DNA of 55,138 nt from Octopus bimaculoides (lineage: Eukaryota), in the NCBI RefSeq assembly GCF_001194135.2, contig NC_069007.1, forward strand, positions 587,832 through 642,969. Reading direction: 5' to 3'. Of this stretch, positions 40,427 to 53,232 are shown in pieces. Each line of letters opens with the position of its first letter. Position 1 is the first letter of the stretch. The translations under genes and the position numbers were made by a program. Below the pieces are notes generated by a model that did no database searches, was not told the origin of the DNA, and worked only from the letters and a program-made list of their open reading frames with translations.

Positions 40427-41003
40427 GGAATGTTATCGTGAGGTTTGGTGACAACATGTCTCCTCAAATCTCAAAAAAACCTTCCTTAAAACTCTTTCAG
40501 AACATAGAATGGTAATTTAACACAAATCGAGAATGCCAGTTTCAGTTCCAGTCTATTTCTCTCTCTTGGGCAGCATATTGGCTGTTGTTCTAAATTCTTC
40601 AGTTATCACAGGAGTATCACAACCGCCCCATTTCTCTTCACAGAAAAGCTGTTTATCCTCTAAATGGCTTCAATCATCCCCAAAACTCCATGACCCAGTA
40701 GGGAGGAACGTTGCTATAAACCTTCCTGAAGCCTGTCCATTCATAAACTAAATTTTCCTTTCTCCCTCGTGACTTCATAACCTACTTTCAATATACAACA
40801 CATCAGCCCCCGTCCGCCTGCTACCTTTCTGCATTTCTTTTGCTCCTCTGGCAATAAATTCTCTATTTTAAGAAAGGTATGTATTTCTACTGCTCTGAGG
40901 CCAGTTAATATCTCCCAGTGTAATGCTAAACATGCTATCGATCTATAATTGACGACTTCCTATGTCATTCCATATTAGCACTGTCTTTCCTTTTTGTCAT
41001 CCA
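40427..41003 (-). mobile_element. Internally deleted R4/Dong-like LINE (RT domains 1-3 joined to the 3' end)
   Basis: NYRSIACL..WEILTG; ENLLPEEQKKCRK; WTGFRKVYSNVPPYWV (compare WIDYRKAYDMVPHSW); then a degenerate ..RVLRKVF terminus. (GAT)n follows on the element strand. Confidence 0.75.
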
Positions 41004-41299
41004 TATTGGCCCTTGTGTCCAATAAAAAAAATCATTATTATTATTATAGCCTTTCAGCTTTTCTGTGTCGATAAAACAAAGTACCTGCGAAGTACTGTGG
41101 CCGATGTATTCGGCTAACTCTCTTCCATCAAAATTAGTGGCCTTCTGCAGAATTTGAATTCCTCCTCGTCGTCGTCCTCCTCCGCCGCCTCCTCTCGGTA
41201 CTCCTCCTCACACCATCATCATCATCATCACCGATCATTAAAAAGTTATCCAATGGTTTATTAGCATGTCATATTGGTGTCTAGTGACTGCAACTATCT

Positions 41300-41700
41300 T
41301 CAAACTCATGAAATCTTACTTAGGATGTTTTCAGAATAAAAGATGACGCATTCATGCCGGTCAACAATGCGAGTTTTAATTCCAATATCCTTAGCTGTTC
41401 GAGTGTTGTACTGATTACAACAATTGTCAAGGAAATAATTATCATCTTCGATTTCTACCTTTCTTTCCTGTATTCGGGCAGGCCCTACTATTTCTGAATT
41501 TTTTTGGTTTCCAATCTGTTATCATATAGTAATACAAATCCCGCCATCTTACATTATTTATTTGTTTTCTTCTCTATAATTATATCTGGCCTCCTTGCTT
41601 CAGTAGTATGGTCAATCTGCATGGACAGTTCAAGATTTGGGCCATTGAACGACACTATCTATTGTGTTCTCCCTTATATATTCACCCAAAGAGCACAGGC
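41300..41700 (-). mobile_element. R4/Dong-like LINE REL-endonuclease fragment
   Basis: LSMQIDHTTEARRPDIIIEKKTNK*CK...YDNRLETK contains the RRPD motif of the PD-(D/E)xK restriction-like endonuclease. The C-terminus reads IGIKTRIVD... Confidence 0.8.
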
Positions 41701-42603
41701 TGAAAATTGAGGTATTTCACTACTATATCTAGCAGATCGAGGCAACATTAGAGTCAGTCTCTATAGCATATATGAAATGACGGCACACACACAAACACAC
41801 ACACACACACACACACATACACACACAGAGTGTGGTTACACGATACGAAACAAAATCAATTCCGACATATTGGCTGCTTGTCCGACACATTTTTCCTAAT
41901 ATCGTGATATCTTCAACAGTGCAGACCTAACTGCTGAATGATAAACATCTGGCAGAATGATGAAATAAATCGAAGCAATATTCTCAATTCTTCTTTAGAT
42001 CAGAACAATTGCGAAGTTGCTAGATGCGCTATCTGTTTTTAATCATTACTATTGCAGAAATTAATTCACAATTCGCCACTTCAGCAGAGGCGTCTTGTAC
42101 AAAAGTCTAATTTATTAGCGATTCTAAGTTTCGGTTCTTGTGCTTTTTTTTTTTTTTAACTTCATTTCAATCTTGATATCTCAGTGTTCTGTGCACAAGA
42201 GGCGCTTTTGCTGACATTTGAACTGAAAGCTAAATAAAAAAAAGGAAAGAAAAAAAAGAAAAAAGGGAAAAGAGATGAACAGAAACAGTGTTATTGTGCA
42301 TACTAATATTTAGTATATATATATTTAGTATATATATNNNNNNNNNNNNNNNNNNNNNNNNNNNNNNNNNNNNNNNNNNNNNNNNNNNNNNNNNNNNNNN
42401 NNNNNNNNNNNNNNNNNNNNNNNNNNNNNNNNNNNNNNNNNNNNNNNNNNNNNNNNNNNNNNNNNNNNNNNNNNNNNNNNNNNNNNNNNNNNNNNNNNNN
42501 NNNNNNNNNNNNNNNNNNNNNNNNNNNNNNNNNNNNNNNNNNNNNNNNNNNNNNNNNNNNNNNNNNNNNNNNNNNNNNNNNNNNNNNNNNNNNNNNNNNN
42601 NNN

Positions 42604-42682
<79 letters not shown>

Positions 42683-42932
42683 CATACATATATTCATACA
42701 CACACATACATATTTATATAATACGAGTGTAAGTATGTGTGTGTTTGTAGTGTGTAAATTTATACTGCAATTGAATTTTTAAAAAGTGTGAAGTATACCT
42801 TTCTGTAGGTGTGTGTACATGGTAGTTACATACATGCACATGCACACAAATACGTACACAGATATGCACACATACACACATGCAAGCAGCCCCCCCCCAC
42901 ATATATATATACATGTCTATATATATACATAC

Positions 42933-42965
<33 letters not shown>

Positions 42966-43073
42966 AATAAATATATATATAATTACATATATAAATATAT
43001 ACGATATGCACACATGTATATACACTGAGAAAGACATGTACGCTTACATATAAATATACGTATATGAAAATAT

Positions 43074-43123
<50 letters not shown>

Positions 43124-43778
43124 TACACGTGTGTTTGCGTACGTGTGTGTGTGCCCGTATGTATAATTGGAAATTAAGAGAGAATTAATGAGCTAATTTA
43201 TCAATACACGGATGGTTGTTTCTTAAAGTGGAACTAAAATAAGATAAACATATATAACAATACTAAAAATGTACAAGTAGAGCATCTCTTGTCTTTTTCT
43301 CCCTCCTTACTTCACTGTATTGGCAGAGAAGGCGGTGGACGATCGCGAAATGTTCATTGAAAGAAAGAGAAGAACAAAAAAAAAAAAAAAAAANNNNNNN
43401 NNNNNNNNNNNNNNNNNNNNNNNNNNNNNNNNNNNNNNNNNNNNNNNNNNNNNNNNNNNNNNNNNNNNNNNNNNNNNNNNNNNNNNNNNNNNNNNNNNNN
43501 NNNNNNNNNNNNNNNNNNNNNNNNNNNNNNNNNNNNNNNNNNNNNNNNNNNNNNNNNNNNNNNNNNNNNNNNNNNNNNNNNNNNNNNNNNNNNNNNNNNN
43601 NNNNNNNNNNNNNNNNNNNNNNNNNNNNNNNNNNNNNNNNNNNNNNNNNNNNNNNNNNNNNNNNNNNNNNNNNNNNNNNNNNNNNNNNNNNNNNNNNNNN
43701 NNNNNNNNNNNNNNNNNNNNNNNNNNNNNNNNNNNNNNNNNNNNNNNNNNNNNNNNNNNNNNNNNNNNNNNNNNNNAT

Positions 43779-43932
43779 ACACAAATACTTATAGATACAT
43801 GTATAGATATATATATTTATATATCCACACACATACACACACACATATATATATATATATACACAAATACTTATAGATACATGTATAGATATATATATTT
43901 ATATATCCACACACATACACACATATATATAT
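43779..43932. repeat. 82-bp tandem duplication beside a gap
   Basis: acacaaatacttatagatacatgtatagatatatat... starts at both 43779 and 43861. Confidence 0.85.
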
Positions 43933-44742
43933 ACACATACATATACGCACACACACACATACATATAGATATACACATACATATACACACCTATCTACAC
44001 GTATATATGCACAGATATATATGCATAGCCATATATACTGCCAACAGTTGCACACGTCTGCACACAAACGCAGTCGTCCACGTTCGCACTCTTCTCTTTC
44101 GAATGGTTTTTCTTTACCATTTCTTGTCGGTTTCTCGGTTTCTCGGATTCTTCCTTCCTTATCTTTTATTTCACACCACCAAATATCAGCACATTCATAA
44201 TTATCAGTCATCATCATCATCATCATCATCATTACTATCAGTATCACGAAAATCGTCATCATCATCATCAACAACAGCAGCAGCAGCAATTTCATTACAG
44301 TACCGAAATGACAGTGAATATAACCCACTCCATATGGCCACCCCAACATTATATAGACCTTTTCTTTTGTATACCCTCTTCGTTTACGTCAGTATTATTT
44401 CCTATGTCACTGCAGAAGACAACTAACCCCAGTCGTGATTAGAACACTATTTTAAGGATTCTGTCTCTATATTACCCTGATATTCCTTATTTTTGTCTCA
44501 ACCTTAATGGTCCCAAATTCTCTACCTTTTTACATTATCAGCGCTTATTACTCTCCAACGATTATCCTTCTGCTTATGTTCAACTTTTATGTTGCTTCTT
44601 CTATCATTCCACACTGTGTGAAAGCATTAACAAATTAATAACTAAATAACGTTTCTTTCAAATTTCTGCCAACCAAATCGACTCAGAAAACTATGGTCAG
44701 CCCGTAGCTGTAGAAGAGGACACTGGCCCAAGGCTCCTTTGG

Positions 44743-44822
44743 CCAAGTGTCTTGTACAATAACCTTGGGTCGACGAAAGCCTTGTGACTGGATCTGCTAG
44801 TCGGAACTGAAAGAAAAGCGTC
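44743..44822 (+). mobile_element. SINE family B fragment
   Basis: ccaagtgtct...gggtcgacgaaagccttgtgactggat...gaactgaaagaa. Confidence 0.7.
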
Positions 44823-44849
44823 ACCCTCCCCTTGTGTGTTGTGGATGTA

Positions 44850-45165
44850 TATCAGTTATCTTTTTCTTGTTTCAATCATTTGACTGCAGCCATGAATGGT
44901 GTTAGTCGAACCAATTTTTAAATCCTAATACTTATTTTATTTTCTCTTTTGTCGAACCACGAGGTTACAAGGACGTAAACACACTAACACCGGTTTTCAG
45001 GCTGTAGTAGACTACAAACACAGACACAAAGACGCGCAAACGTAGATAGGTATATCTATAGATGTAAATACGACGGTCTTCTTTCAGTTTCCCTCAGGCA
45101 AATCCACTCACAAGGATTTGGTCGACCCCGGGCCATAGACACTTGGGCAAGGTACCACATGTGTG
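44850..45165 (-). mobile_element. SINE family B, decayed, inverted relative to the 44743 fragment
   Basis: cttgtttcaatcatttgactgcagccatg...ctttcagtttcc...ccactcacaaggatttggtcgac. Confidence 0.85.
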
Positions 45166-45739
45166 GCTGTGTGTATGCGTCTTTTCTTTGTCTGAGACAT
45201 CGGCAGGCCCTCATACGATAACACGAAATTTGAGAAAAGAACATTTATCTAATACAGAACTGCTGACGTAGCCTGCTCCAAGTCTCTATGCCTTGTTTTT
45301 ACCCACCCACCCACACGTTTGTACGTTTTCACGTTGCTATATTCTTTGCTTGCAGTTGCATACAAGCACAAACTCTCACTGCATTTTATTGCTTTAAATG
45401 TATGCAGAAATTCTGAGATTCTTTTCTGACTTCGCTGGTAACTAATGTTTGCTTATTTACGAAATAAACTATAATATATTCGCACTATTGTATTGACAGC
45501 TCAGTGGCTGACTATATTCGCTATTAATACACGACGAATATCGTTTAGACTCCGTTTTGGCTATGATCACATACATGATAAATATGGCTGCTTTGAAAAA
45601 TTGCTGAGGCAGCGAGTTTGAAAGTAGGACAATATATAGTTATTTACACGTTGGGATATATACGTACATACAAACATGCAAACATACATGAATGCATAGA
45701 TATATATACACATATCCACACACAGTTGAGTACATGCAC

Positions 45740-45776
<37 letters not shown>

Positions 45777-46724
45777 NNNNNNNNNNNNNNNNNNNNNNNN
45801 NNNNNNNNNNNNNNNNNNNNNNNNNNNNNNNNNNNNNNNNNNNNNNNNNNNNNNNNNNNNNNNNNNNNNNNNNNNNNNNNNATATTTATATATATTTATG
45901 TACATATTTATACGCGTTATATTTGCTTTCATAAGTACACATTACATAAATGCATGCGCACAAATACACACAGTATCATACACACATATACATATACACA
46001 CATATAAGATTTATATCTCTTCTGTTATGCATATATATTTAATTATACGCATGGAAAGCTTTTTATTATCGGTGGTAGGTTCTTAATGAATAACCAATAT
46101 ATTAGAACACGCTCACGTGATATTATTCTTACTATAAGGCAGAATGAAATATCTGTCCAGGTTCCGATTTTGCAATTACCAGTAGCCATTGTCATTTGGA
46201 GAGGCCATTTTGCCGTTTTGTATTAGCATAAATCAATCTCATTCATTAGTTAAAAAGAAGGCGCCAGATTAATCCTTCAACAGTGCTAGAAATTGTCGCT
46301 AAATCTTCTCACGTCACCCAGTAGCGTCTTTAATATTTAATCACACGCTGAGAAATGAAGTCGGATATATACTAAGAGAAGGACTGGTGTGACTGGATCA
46401 CTTTCAATCAAACCATTGTTCGCTCACAGCTGACATGGGATCGAAATAAAGGACATCGACAGCAGCAACAAAAATTGAAAATAATAAAAGGAAAGTCAGC
46501 GTTTGAGTCGAGTCAACATGGCAGCCTCTAATGGTCTCTTGACACGCTAGAAATAGTAACTAAAGATCTCTGTTTTTAATCTATCTTGGAAATACAAAAA
46601 AAAAAAAAAGGATAAGACTGCTCTATGACATCAGATCTGGGGTTAAACAGCCTTACATTTGAGGTTAAGTTCTTGTAACGAAGCGAAGGAGGCGATTTGG
46701 AAGAAACGTTAGTATGCCGCAGAA

Positions 46725-46880
46725 TAATGCTTGGCAGCACTTTTCTTGCTGTCTTTGGTTCTTAATTCAGAAGCCGCCGAGGTTGACTTCGACATTTATC
46801 GTTTCGGGGTTGATAAAATGTGTGGCAGCTGAGAACTAGGGTCGATGCAATCTACTTATTCACCCCCACAAAAGCTGGTC
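46725..46880 (+). mobile_element. SINE family A, decayed
   Basis: gccgccgaggttgacttcgac...tttcggggttgataaaa...gggtcgatgcaatc. Confidence 0.7.
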
Positions 46881-46924
46881 ATTCGCTTAAATTCGAAACT
46901 AATCACTAGTGATTCGATTGAAAG

Positions 46925-47390
46925 ACAACTCGAGAATATTTACAACACCAGAGACCTTGGAGTAATTGTTGATAACAATCTAACCTACAGTTCCCACGTA
47001 AACAGCAAGGTTGACTTGGCCTTCAAGATGTGCTCCTGGATTCTGAGAACTCTCCGGTCTAGAAATGCCTTCACCATCATCCTTCTCTACTCTACTTTTG
47101 CCCGACCCCTCCTTGAATACTGTCGCCCTGTGGTCCAGAGGTCAATAACAAGAAAGATAGACAGCATGAGAGGCATTGATTATTGTGTCTCTACTCTCCT
47201 CAACGCTGCCGGGAGCACTACATCATTTGTGTGATGTGGAAAATATTCCATCAATATTGCACAAATGATGTTGGCATCAATTTTAAAATCCACCCAAGAC
47301 TATCCGCCCACTACAAAAATCGAACTCGGTACACATAGCAACATTACGTCACAATAACTTTACCCAAACCTTTTCGGCTCACTTTAATAC
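46925..47390 (+). mobile_element. CR1/L2-group LINE 3' ORF2 fragment
   Basis: TRDLGVIVDNNLTYSSHVNSKVDLAFKMCSWILRT...LLYSTFARPLLEYC matches the .KDLGV..D..L.F..H...LY...VRP.LEY motif that follows RT in CR1/L2 elements. Confidence 0.9.
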
Positions 47391-47977
47391 CATACGAAAA
47401 TACATCAAAACGGAAAGGGATCCCATTATATTCAAATGTTCACTGGACACATTTCTTCAATGCGTTATAGTGGTGTTTTTCTCACAAACCGTACTCAGCC
47501 GACTCTACAATACTGTGCTATCGACAAAATCAAAACCACAATGCGCACACGTGAAATTAAAAATATTAAAATGGCGACAATTTAACCATACACCCTGTGT
47601 GTGTTTGTGTGTATATATATATACATATATTCGTGTCATCATATAGAGAGAAACACTATATATAGAGGAATATATGAGCGTATGTATCAGGATAAGCGAG
47701 ACGTCTTATGCAGAGAGAGAAACTTTGCAAAGCTCGAAATACTGCATCAGCAATATATAACCTGAATGTGATTTACTATATTTTATTACGTCTCTGCTTT
47801 AATTAGTTCTTTGAACTACGACCTTCGGTTCTGTGTGTATGTGTGTAACAGTATATAAGTGTGAGTATATGTACAGATGTGTGTGCGTGTGTGTGTGCAT
47901 GTGTATAGGTGTGCGTGTGCAAGTTTGTGTATACATAAGTTTATAAATATGCATAAATGTATTTATGTATGTGCATA

Positions 47978-48022
<45 letters not shown>

Positions 48023-48377
48023 TCATGAGTGTATATTATGTGTGTGGCGAAGGTGTGTCTTATTCAATCTGCAGTGTGAATTATTGACAGCGATCAGCAA
48101 TATATTACCATTCCTTACACTCTACTTGGCATTGGATTTCAATATATTAATAACAGCGTCACAGAAACGCGAAGTCCCACACAAATCACACCTACATATA
48201 CGTACGCACAACACACACACACACACATACACACACGCTTGCGCGCACACACATACATTCGCATACGTTCAATGACACGTATTCAATTCAATGAAAATTA
48301 GATTATATATTTATATACATACATTATATACATATATATATATATACATACGCACACATATCTACATATATCTATAG

Positions 48378-48485
<108 letters not shown>

Positions 48486-48534
48486 GTATTGACATGTAAG
48501 TATATAAATATGTCTGTGTGTATATATGTATGTA

Positions 48535-48565
<31 letters not shown>

Positions 48566-49257
48566 CAATTTGAAATTCGGTTAACACTAGAAGTGAGACT
48601 GCTGATATATACATATTTCATCTCTGCGAATGTTATACGATCCTCAAGACTCTCTTTCCTTCACCGACACTTTCCAGTATAGAACCAATCAGGATGGTTT
48701 AAGTGAAGACTATTGAAAGAACTGCCCCAATATCCCCGAAATCTAATGCTTTTCCTACTGCGTTTTATCCTTAAAAGGGAACTGTTTGTTTATTTAATCT
48801 CAGTCCTATACATTGGTAGTGTACCTGCGAGTGCCATAGCCAACTTATGTACCTTTTTGTCGTTACTTAAGCGCAACTCAGCCTTACTACACTAAATGTA
48901 ATTATTTGAGTCTCGGTTCTAACAGCTTCGCCTATGTTTGGATATAATGTCTCATGGATTATATTATCTTTTGTGATAATAGTTGTTGTTATTTAACCCC
49001 AGGCAAAGTCAGGTGTTTGGTCAGTTCTATCCTACCTACGGCTGAATTATTTTCCCTGCAACTTTCCTTCAGGATAATATATCATAGCGAACATTTTTTG
49101 CGATAAGAAACTGTTGCGCTTTTCCTATGCATTTCCTAGAAGTTCATTTGTGGCTAATTTTAATGTAGCCGTTTTCTGGTAGCGATTTCATTGGTTGGAT
49201 CTTGTGTATTAATCAAATCAGATATCATGTAATTATTTTCACTTGAAAATTCATTGG

Positions 49258-49464
49258 TCTTAAATGTTGACACAAGGCCAGCAATTTTGGCGGAAGGGTT
49301 AGTCGATTACATCGACCCCATGCGTAACTAGTACTTATTTTATCGACTCCAAAAGGATGAAAGGCAAAGTCAACTTCGGCAAAATTTGAACTCAAGACAT
49401 AAAGTCAGAAGAAAGGCCGCTAAGCATTTTGTCGAGAAGGCAACCATTCGGCAGAGTCGCTTTC
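49258..49464 (-). mobile_element. SINE family A
   Basis: acacaaggccagcaatttt...aggatgaaaggcaaagtcaacttcggcaaaatttgaactc. Confidence 0.88.
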
Positions 49465-49469
49465 AATAA

Positions 49470-50340
49470 AATCATGAAGAGACAAAAATGATTGCAGTGG
49501 ATGTTAGCCCCAAAAGAGAACATTCATCAAAAACCACAAACTGCAGCGCAAAAATGGCGTAAGATCGTAATGACAGATAAAATTGCGATGATTATTTAAA
49601 TTTGCATTTCCCTGGACTGGAAACGTTGATGAACCATGTCAATTATGTATAGTTTGTGGTGAAAAATGTTCAATGAATCTATGGCAGCGACTAAATTAAA
49701 AAGACATTTTTAGTACTAAACATTTGCATCTACGAGAAAGAAACCTGAAATGTATTCAAAATTCTTTGAACAGTGATGGAAACAACATAATACTTTAGAG
49801 ACATTAATGATTTGAAAGGACTCAAAACGCTTCAAATGAGATAACTGAAGTAAAAGCAATAAACTCGAAATCTGACACTGTTGGTGAATCAATCATCCTA
49901 CTTGCTTGTAAAAAAAAAGATAACTAACACCATGTTCAGAGAAAATTCTGTAGGAGATAGTTTGAAAATTCAGCTCTTAAACGATGCGATACATAAGAGA
50001 ATTTTAGATTTATTTGAAGATATTGAAAAACATGTCCAGAAAAAAGATCCTTCAGGAATCCAAATTTGTATGAATATTTGATGAATCCACTGATATCAGT
50101 AGCGGATCTCAATTATATGCATATGTTTCTTTTATTAATGGAGGTGAGATGACCAATCATTTTCTATGTAGTAAAGAAATGCAAATAGCTGCAAGAATTG
50201 AAGATAATTTTGATATTTTAACGGAATATCTGAGAAAATTCAATTTAAATTGGAATTAATGTGTTGTTAGTTGCACCGATGGGGTACACGCTTAGAGAGG
50301 TGCTATTAAAGGTTTTATATCACTTTTGAGAAAATAAAAT
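49470..50340 (+). mobile_element. Fossil hAT (Buster/ZBED5-like) transposase, N-terminal half
   Basis: BED finger CIVCGEK..NESMAATKLKRHF..KH; KSDTVGESIILLACK; LNDAIHKRILDLFEDIEKHV; FDESTDISSGSQLYAYV (first catalytic Asp); CTDGVHA (second Asp). Many stops and frameshifts. Confidence 0.9.
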
Positions 50341-50414
50341 CGTGCGAGTGTGTCAGTCGATTACATCGATCTGCTGTTCAACAGGTACTTAGTATACACT
50401 TAGTATATATAAGA

Positions 50415-50700
50415 ATGGTCAGGCCATTCGGTTCGCGATCTTGCGATCGTGAGTTCGTTTTCCGTCGGCGCCTTGTGTCCTTGAGCAATGCACTTTATTT
50501 CACTTTGCTCCAGTTCGAGCAGCTGGCAAAAATGAGCAGTATCTGTTTTTCAAGGGGTCAGTCTTGTCACATTCTGTGTCACACTGAATCTCTCTCAGTT
50601 CTACACTGAGGATGCTGTATTTGTGAAGTGCTCAGCCACTTGTACGTTAATTTCAGAAGCAGATAATTCCGGTGGTGAAAGGCAACATCGACCGCGACGG
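50415..50700 (+). mobile_element. SINE family C, near full length
   Basis: tRNA-like head with gagttcg B-box remnant, then gtgtccttgagcaatgcactttatttcac..gctccag and ..gtgctcagccacttgtacgttaatttc. Confidence 0.8.
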
Positions 50701-50804
50701 AGTTAGAATTCCAGACGTAAATACTTTCGAAATGCCGCAAAGAACTTTGTGCGGCGTGCTAATGACTTTGCAGCGTCACCAACATTTACCAGAGGAAAAT
50801 ATCG

Positions 50805-51012
50805 GTTTCAAAATTTGGCAAAAAGGCCAGCAATTTCGGGGGAAGAAGTAAGTCGATTGCTCCGAGTGCGTGATCAACTGGTGCTTATTTTAATGACCCC
50901 GAACGGGTGAGAGACAAAGTCAAACGCGGCGGAATTTGAACACAGAACGTAAAGACGGACAAACTGTTGCTAAGTATTTTGCTCAGAGTGCTAACGATTC
51001 CGCCAAGCCGCT
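50805..51012 (-). mobile_element. SINE family A
   Basis: aaggccagcaatttcggggg...gcggaatttgaacacagaacgtaaagacggac...gctaacgattccgcca. Confidence 0.88.
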
Positions 51013-51084
51013 GCTTTACCAGAAGAAGATAAGAACTGCTATTTTCCGTCATTAAAAACAGAAAAGGACCAATGAATTCGATAC

Positions 51085-51385
51085 CCATTCATGAATTTTC
51101 CATCTAAAATTAGGCTTCAGTTATATGAAGAATATGAATTAGTGACAATTTTCATTGGATTTCAATTGCACAGAATATCCTGAAGCAGCTAACAAAGCCC
51201 TTTCAGGTTTGTTACAATTCTCCACTTCTTATTTGTGTGATTTTCGACAGTGAATAATATTAAAATTAAGAAGTGAAGTAAGAGGAGCTACGCTGCGTTG
51301 ATGATGAAGAAATAAGGTTTATCACTTTTAAATCCAAACGCTGAAACAATAGCTAAAAAAATAAAAAATCCAAACACAGGTTTCC
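51085..51385 (+). mobile_element. Fossil hAT (Buster-like) transposase, C-terminal dimerisation domain
   Basis: EYPEAANKALSGLLQFSTSYLC..FSTVNNIKIKK matches EYP.....A...LLPFSTTYLCE.GFS....IK.K. The end reads ..QTQVS. Confidence 0.85.
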
Positions 51386-51964
51386 CAACAAATCAACCGG
51401 CGTACTTGCCTACCAGAATGAAGTGTTTATGTTTTAAACAATCTATGGCTTTATGCCACTGTAGCATTAAAAATTTACATTCTTCAGTTGAATTGTAATA
51501 TTTGTATCCAGTACGCTGCGATATTTTCGTCTCTTCGTGAGGGAACCGGGGAGGAAAATGGCCGAGAAGCTATGTTTTAAGAGGTGTGGATTTAAGGTGT
51601 TTTCCTCGTTGGACGCAGAACTACCTTATGTTTAGTTGGCAGGAGCGCTCTCATTTCTCTGTCCCCGTAGAGAAATTGTAGATAGTATCTGAATGAAAGG
51701 TTATGAAACAATAATTTAAATCAATTATATTTATATTAGACTTCCGAATATACACGCTGTGCTGTACATAGATATTAATTAATCACACGACCACCAAACG
51801 GCATGACATTAGTCTAGTCATTACAATTAATGTATAATTTGTATTTGATGAAAACAGTGAATAACAAAGAGGTGAGACACCAACTGATTATTCCATATAT
51901 ATACACACATATATATGCACATATATACACGCATATATATGCATATATACTCATATATATACAT

Positions 51965-52019
<55 letters not shown>

Positions 52020-52232
52020 TATATATATATCTTTCTGTGCATGTGTGTGTATATGTATCGGTGCAAGTAATTATTTTGTTGTAATTAGGAAATATTAATT
52101 TAGAGCCATCACGAACTTCTTCTCCAGGAAAATAATATTGATATCTGTTGGAGCTGAAATACAATTGGATATCCTGATGTTTTGTTTTCGTTCTGTTGAA
52201 ATGGTAGTTTAAATGACATACATATTCAACAG

Positions 52233-52288
52233 AACTGGCTGGTTTCCTATCAGATGATATTGTAGCAAAAGTAAACATTGAAACAAAG
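52233..52288 (+). other. Candidate coding exon (56 nt, or 35 nt from 52254)
   Basis: Perfect donor AAG|GTAAGT at 52288/52289 and two in-frame acceptors (caacag, cctatcag). The single open frame reads LAGFLSDDIVAKVNIETK. The protein was not recognised. Confidence 0.35.
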
Positions 52289-53057
52289 GTAAGTTTGGTT
52301 ATGCTTTTTTGTTTTAGTATTTTCACGTCAATTTTTATTTTATTTTGTTCTATACTCTTGATTAGAGCTTTGATAAATGTGTTTATGTATTAAGAAATTG
52401 TTATTAAACTTGTCAGTAGCACAATCATAAATGACAGCTGTCGTAAGATTATACAAAAAAAAACTATGGAAGCTCAAACAAGCATACACATACACACGCG
52501 CCCACATATACACATGCAAAAGGAATTTGGTGTTTAATATTTTAGAAGTGTTATGAATAATTAAATTTCAAATCAATCTTCATTGTTAAGCAATACATCA
52601 ATTAGTTTTCTATCTGTTAATTAGAATAATTTTATCATTGTTTACTGTTTCAGTGTATGCAATCACATTAAGCATTATACATACATACATTATATATATG
52701 TGTATATATGTGTGTCTATATNNNNNNNNNNNNNNNNNNNNNNNNNNNNNNNATATACAAAAAGAGAGAGACAGACAGGCAGGGAGACAGGGAGATATAT
52801 AAATACATATATGTGTGTGTGTGTGTGTGTGTGCAACAGTGCAAGTGACAAACTTAACGCCATATGTGTATACGCGTGTGTGTTTGCATGCATGCGGGAG
52901 TGTGGTGTCAAAGTAGGATTAATAATTAATACATCTTACAAACACCGGTGATTTCACAATTTCCCAAATACAATTTGTCTTCCAAGCTTTTTGGTTTTGT
53001 TGTATAACCCTAGGTTTCCCTAGGAAAATATCACCAATCTGTCTAATTGACCATTCT

Positions 53058-53099
<42 letters not shown>

Positions 53100-53202
53100 G
53101 CATGTTTGTGTATGTGTGTGTTCGAAATTACTGTCGCTAATAACAACACACAAGAAAAAATGTCTTATTTGTTTAGCACAGAGTTATTAAGTAGTAGCGT
53201 TT

Positions 53203-53232
53203 CTGACGTTTCGGGAATTATCCCTTTTTCAG
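53203..53232 (-). ncRNA. Degenerate minimal hammerhead-ribozyme-like motif
   Basis: Minus strand reads CTGAAAA-A-GGGA-taat-TCCC-GAAA-CGTC. Stem II is perfect and stem III is the palindrome ACGT. G8 is replaced by A and stem I does not pair. Confidence 0.4.

Noticed and set aside
43779-43932. 82-bp tandem duplication as a biological minisatellite
   Set aside because: It is low-complexity and directly adjacent to a gap, so an assembly or gap-filling artefact cannot be excluded.
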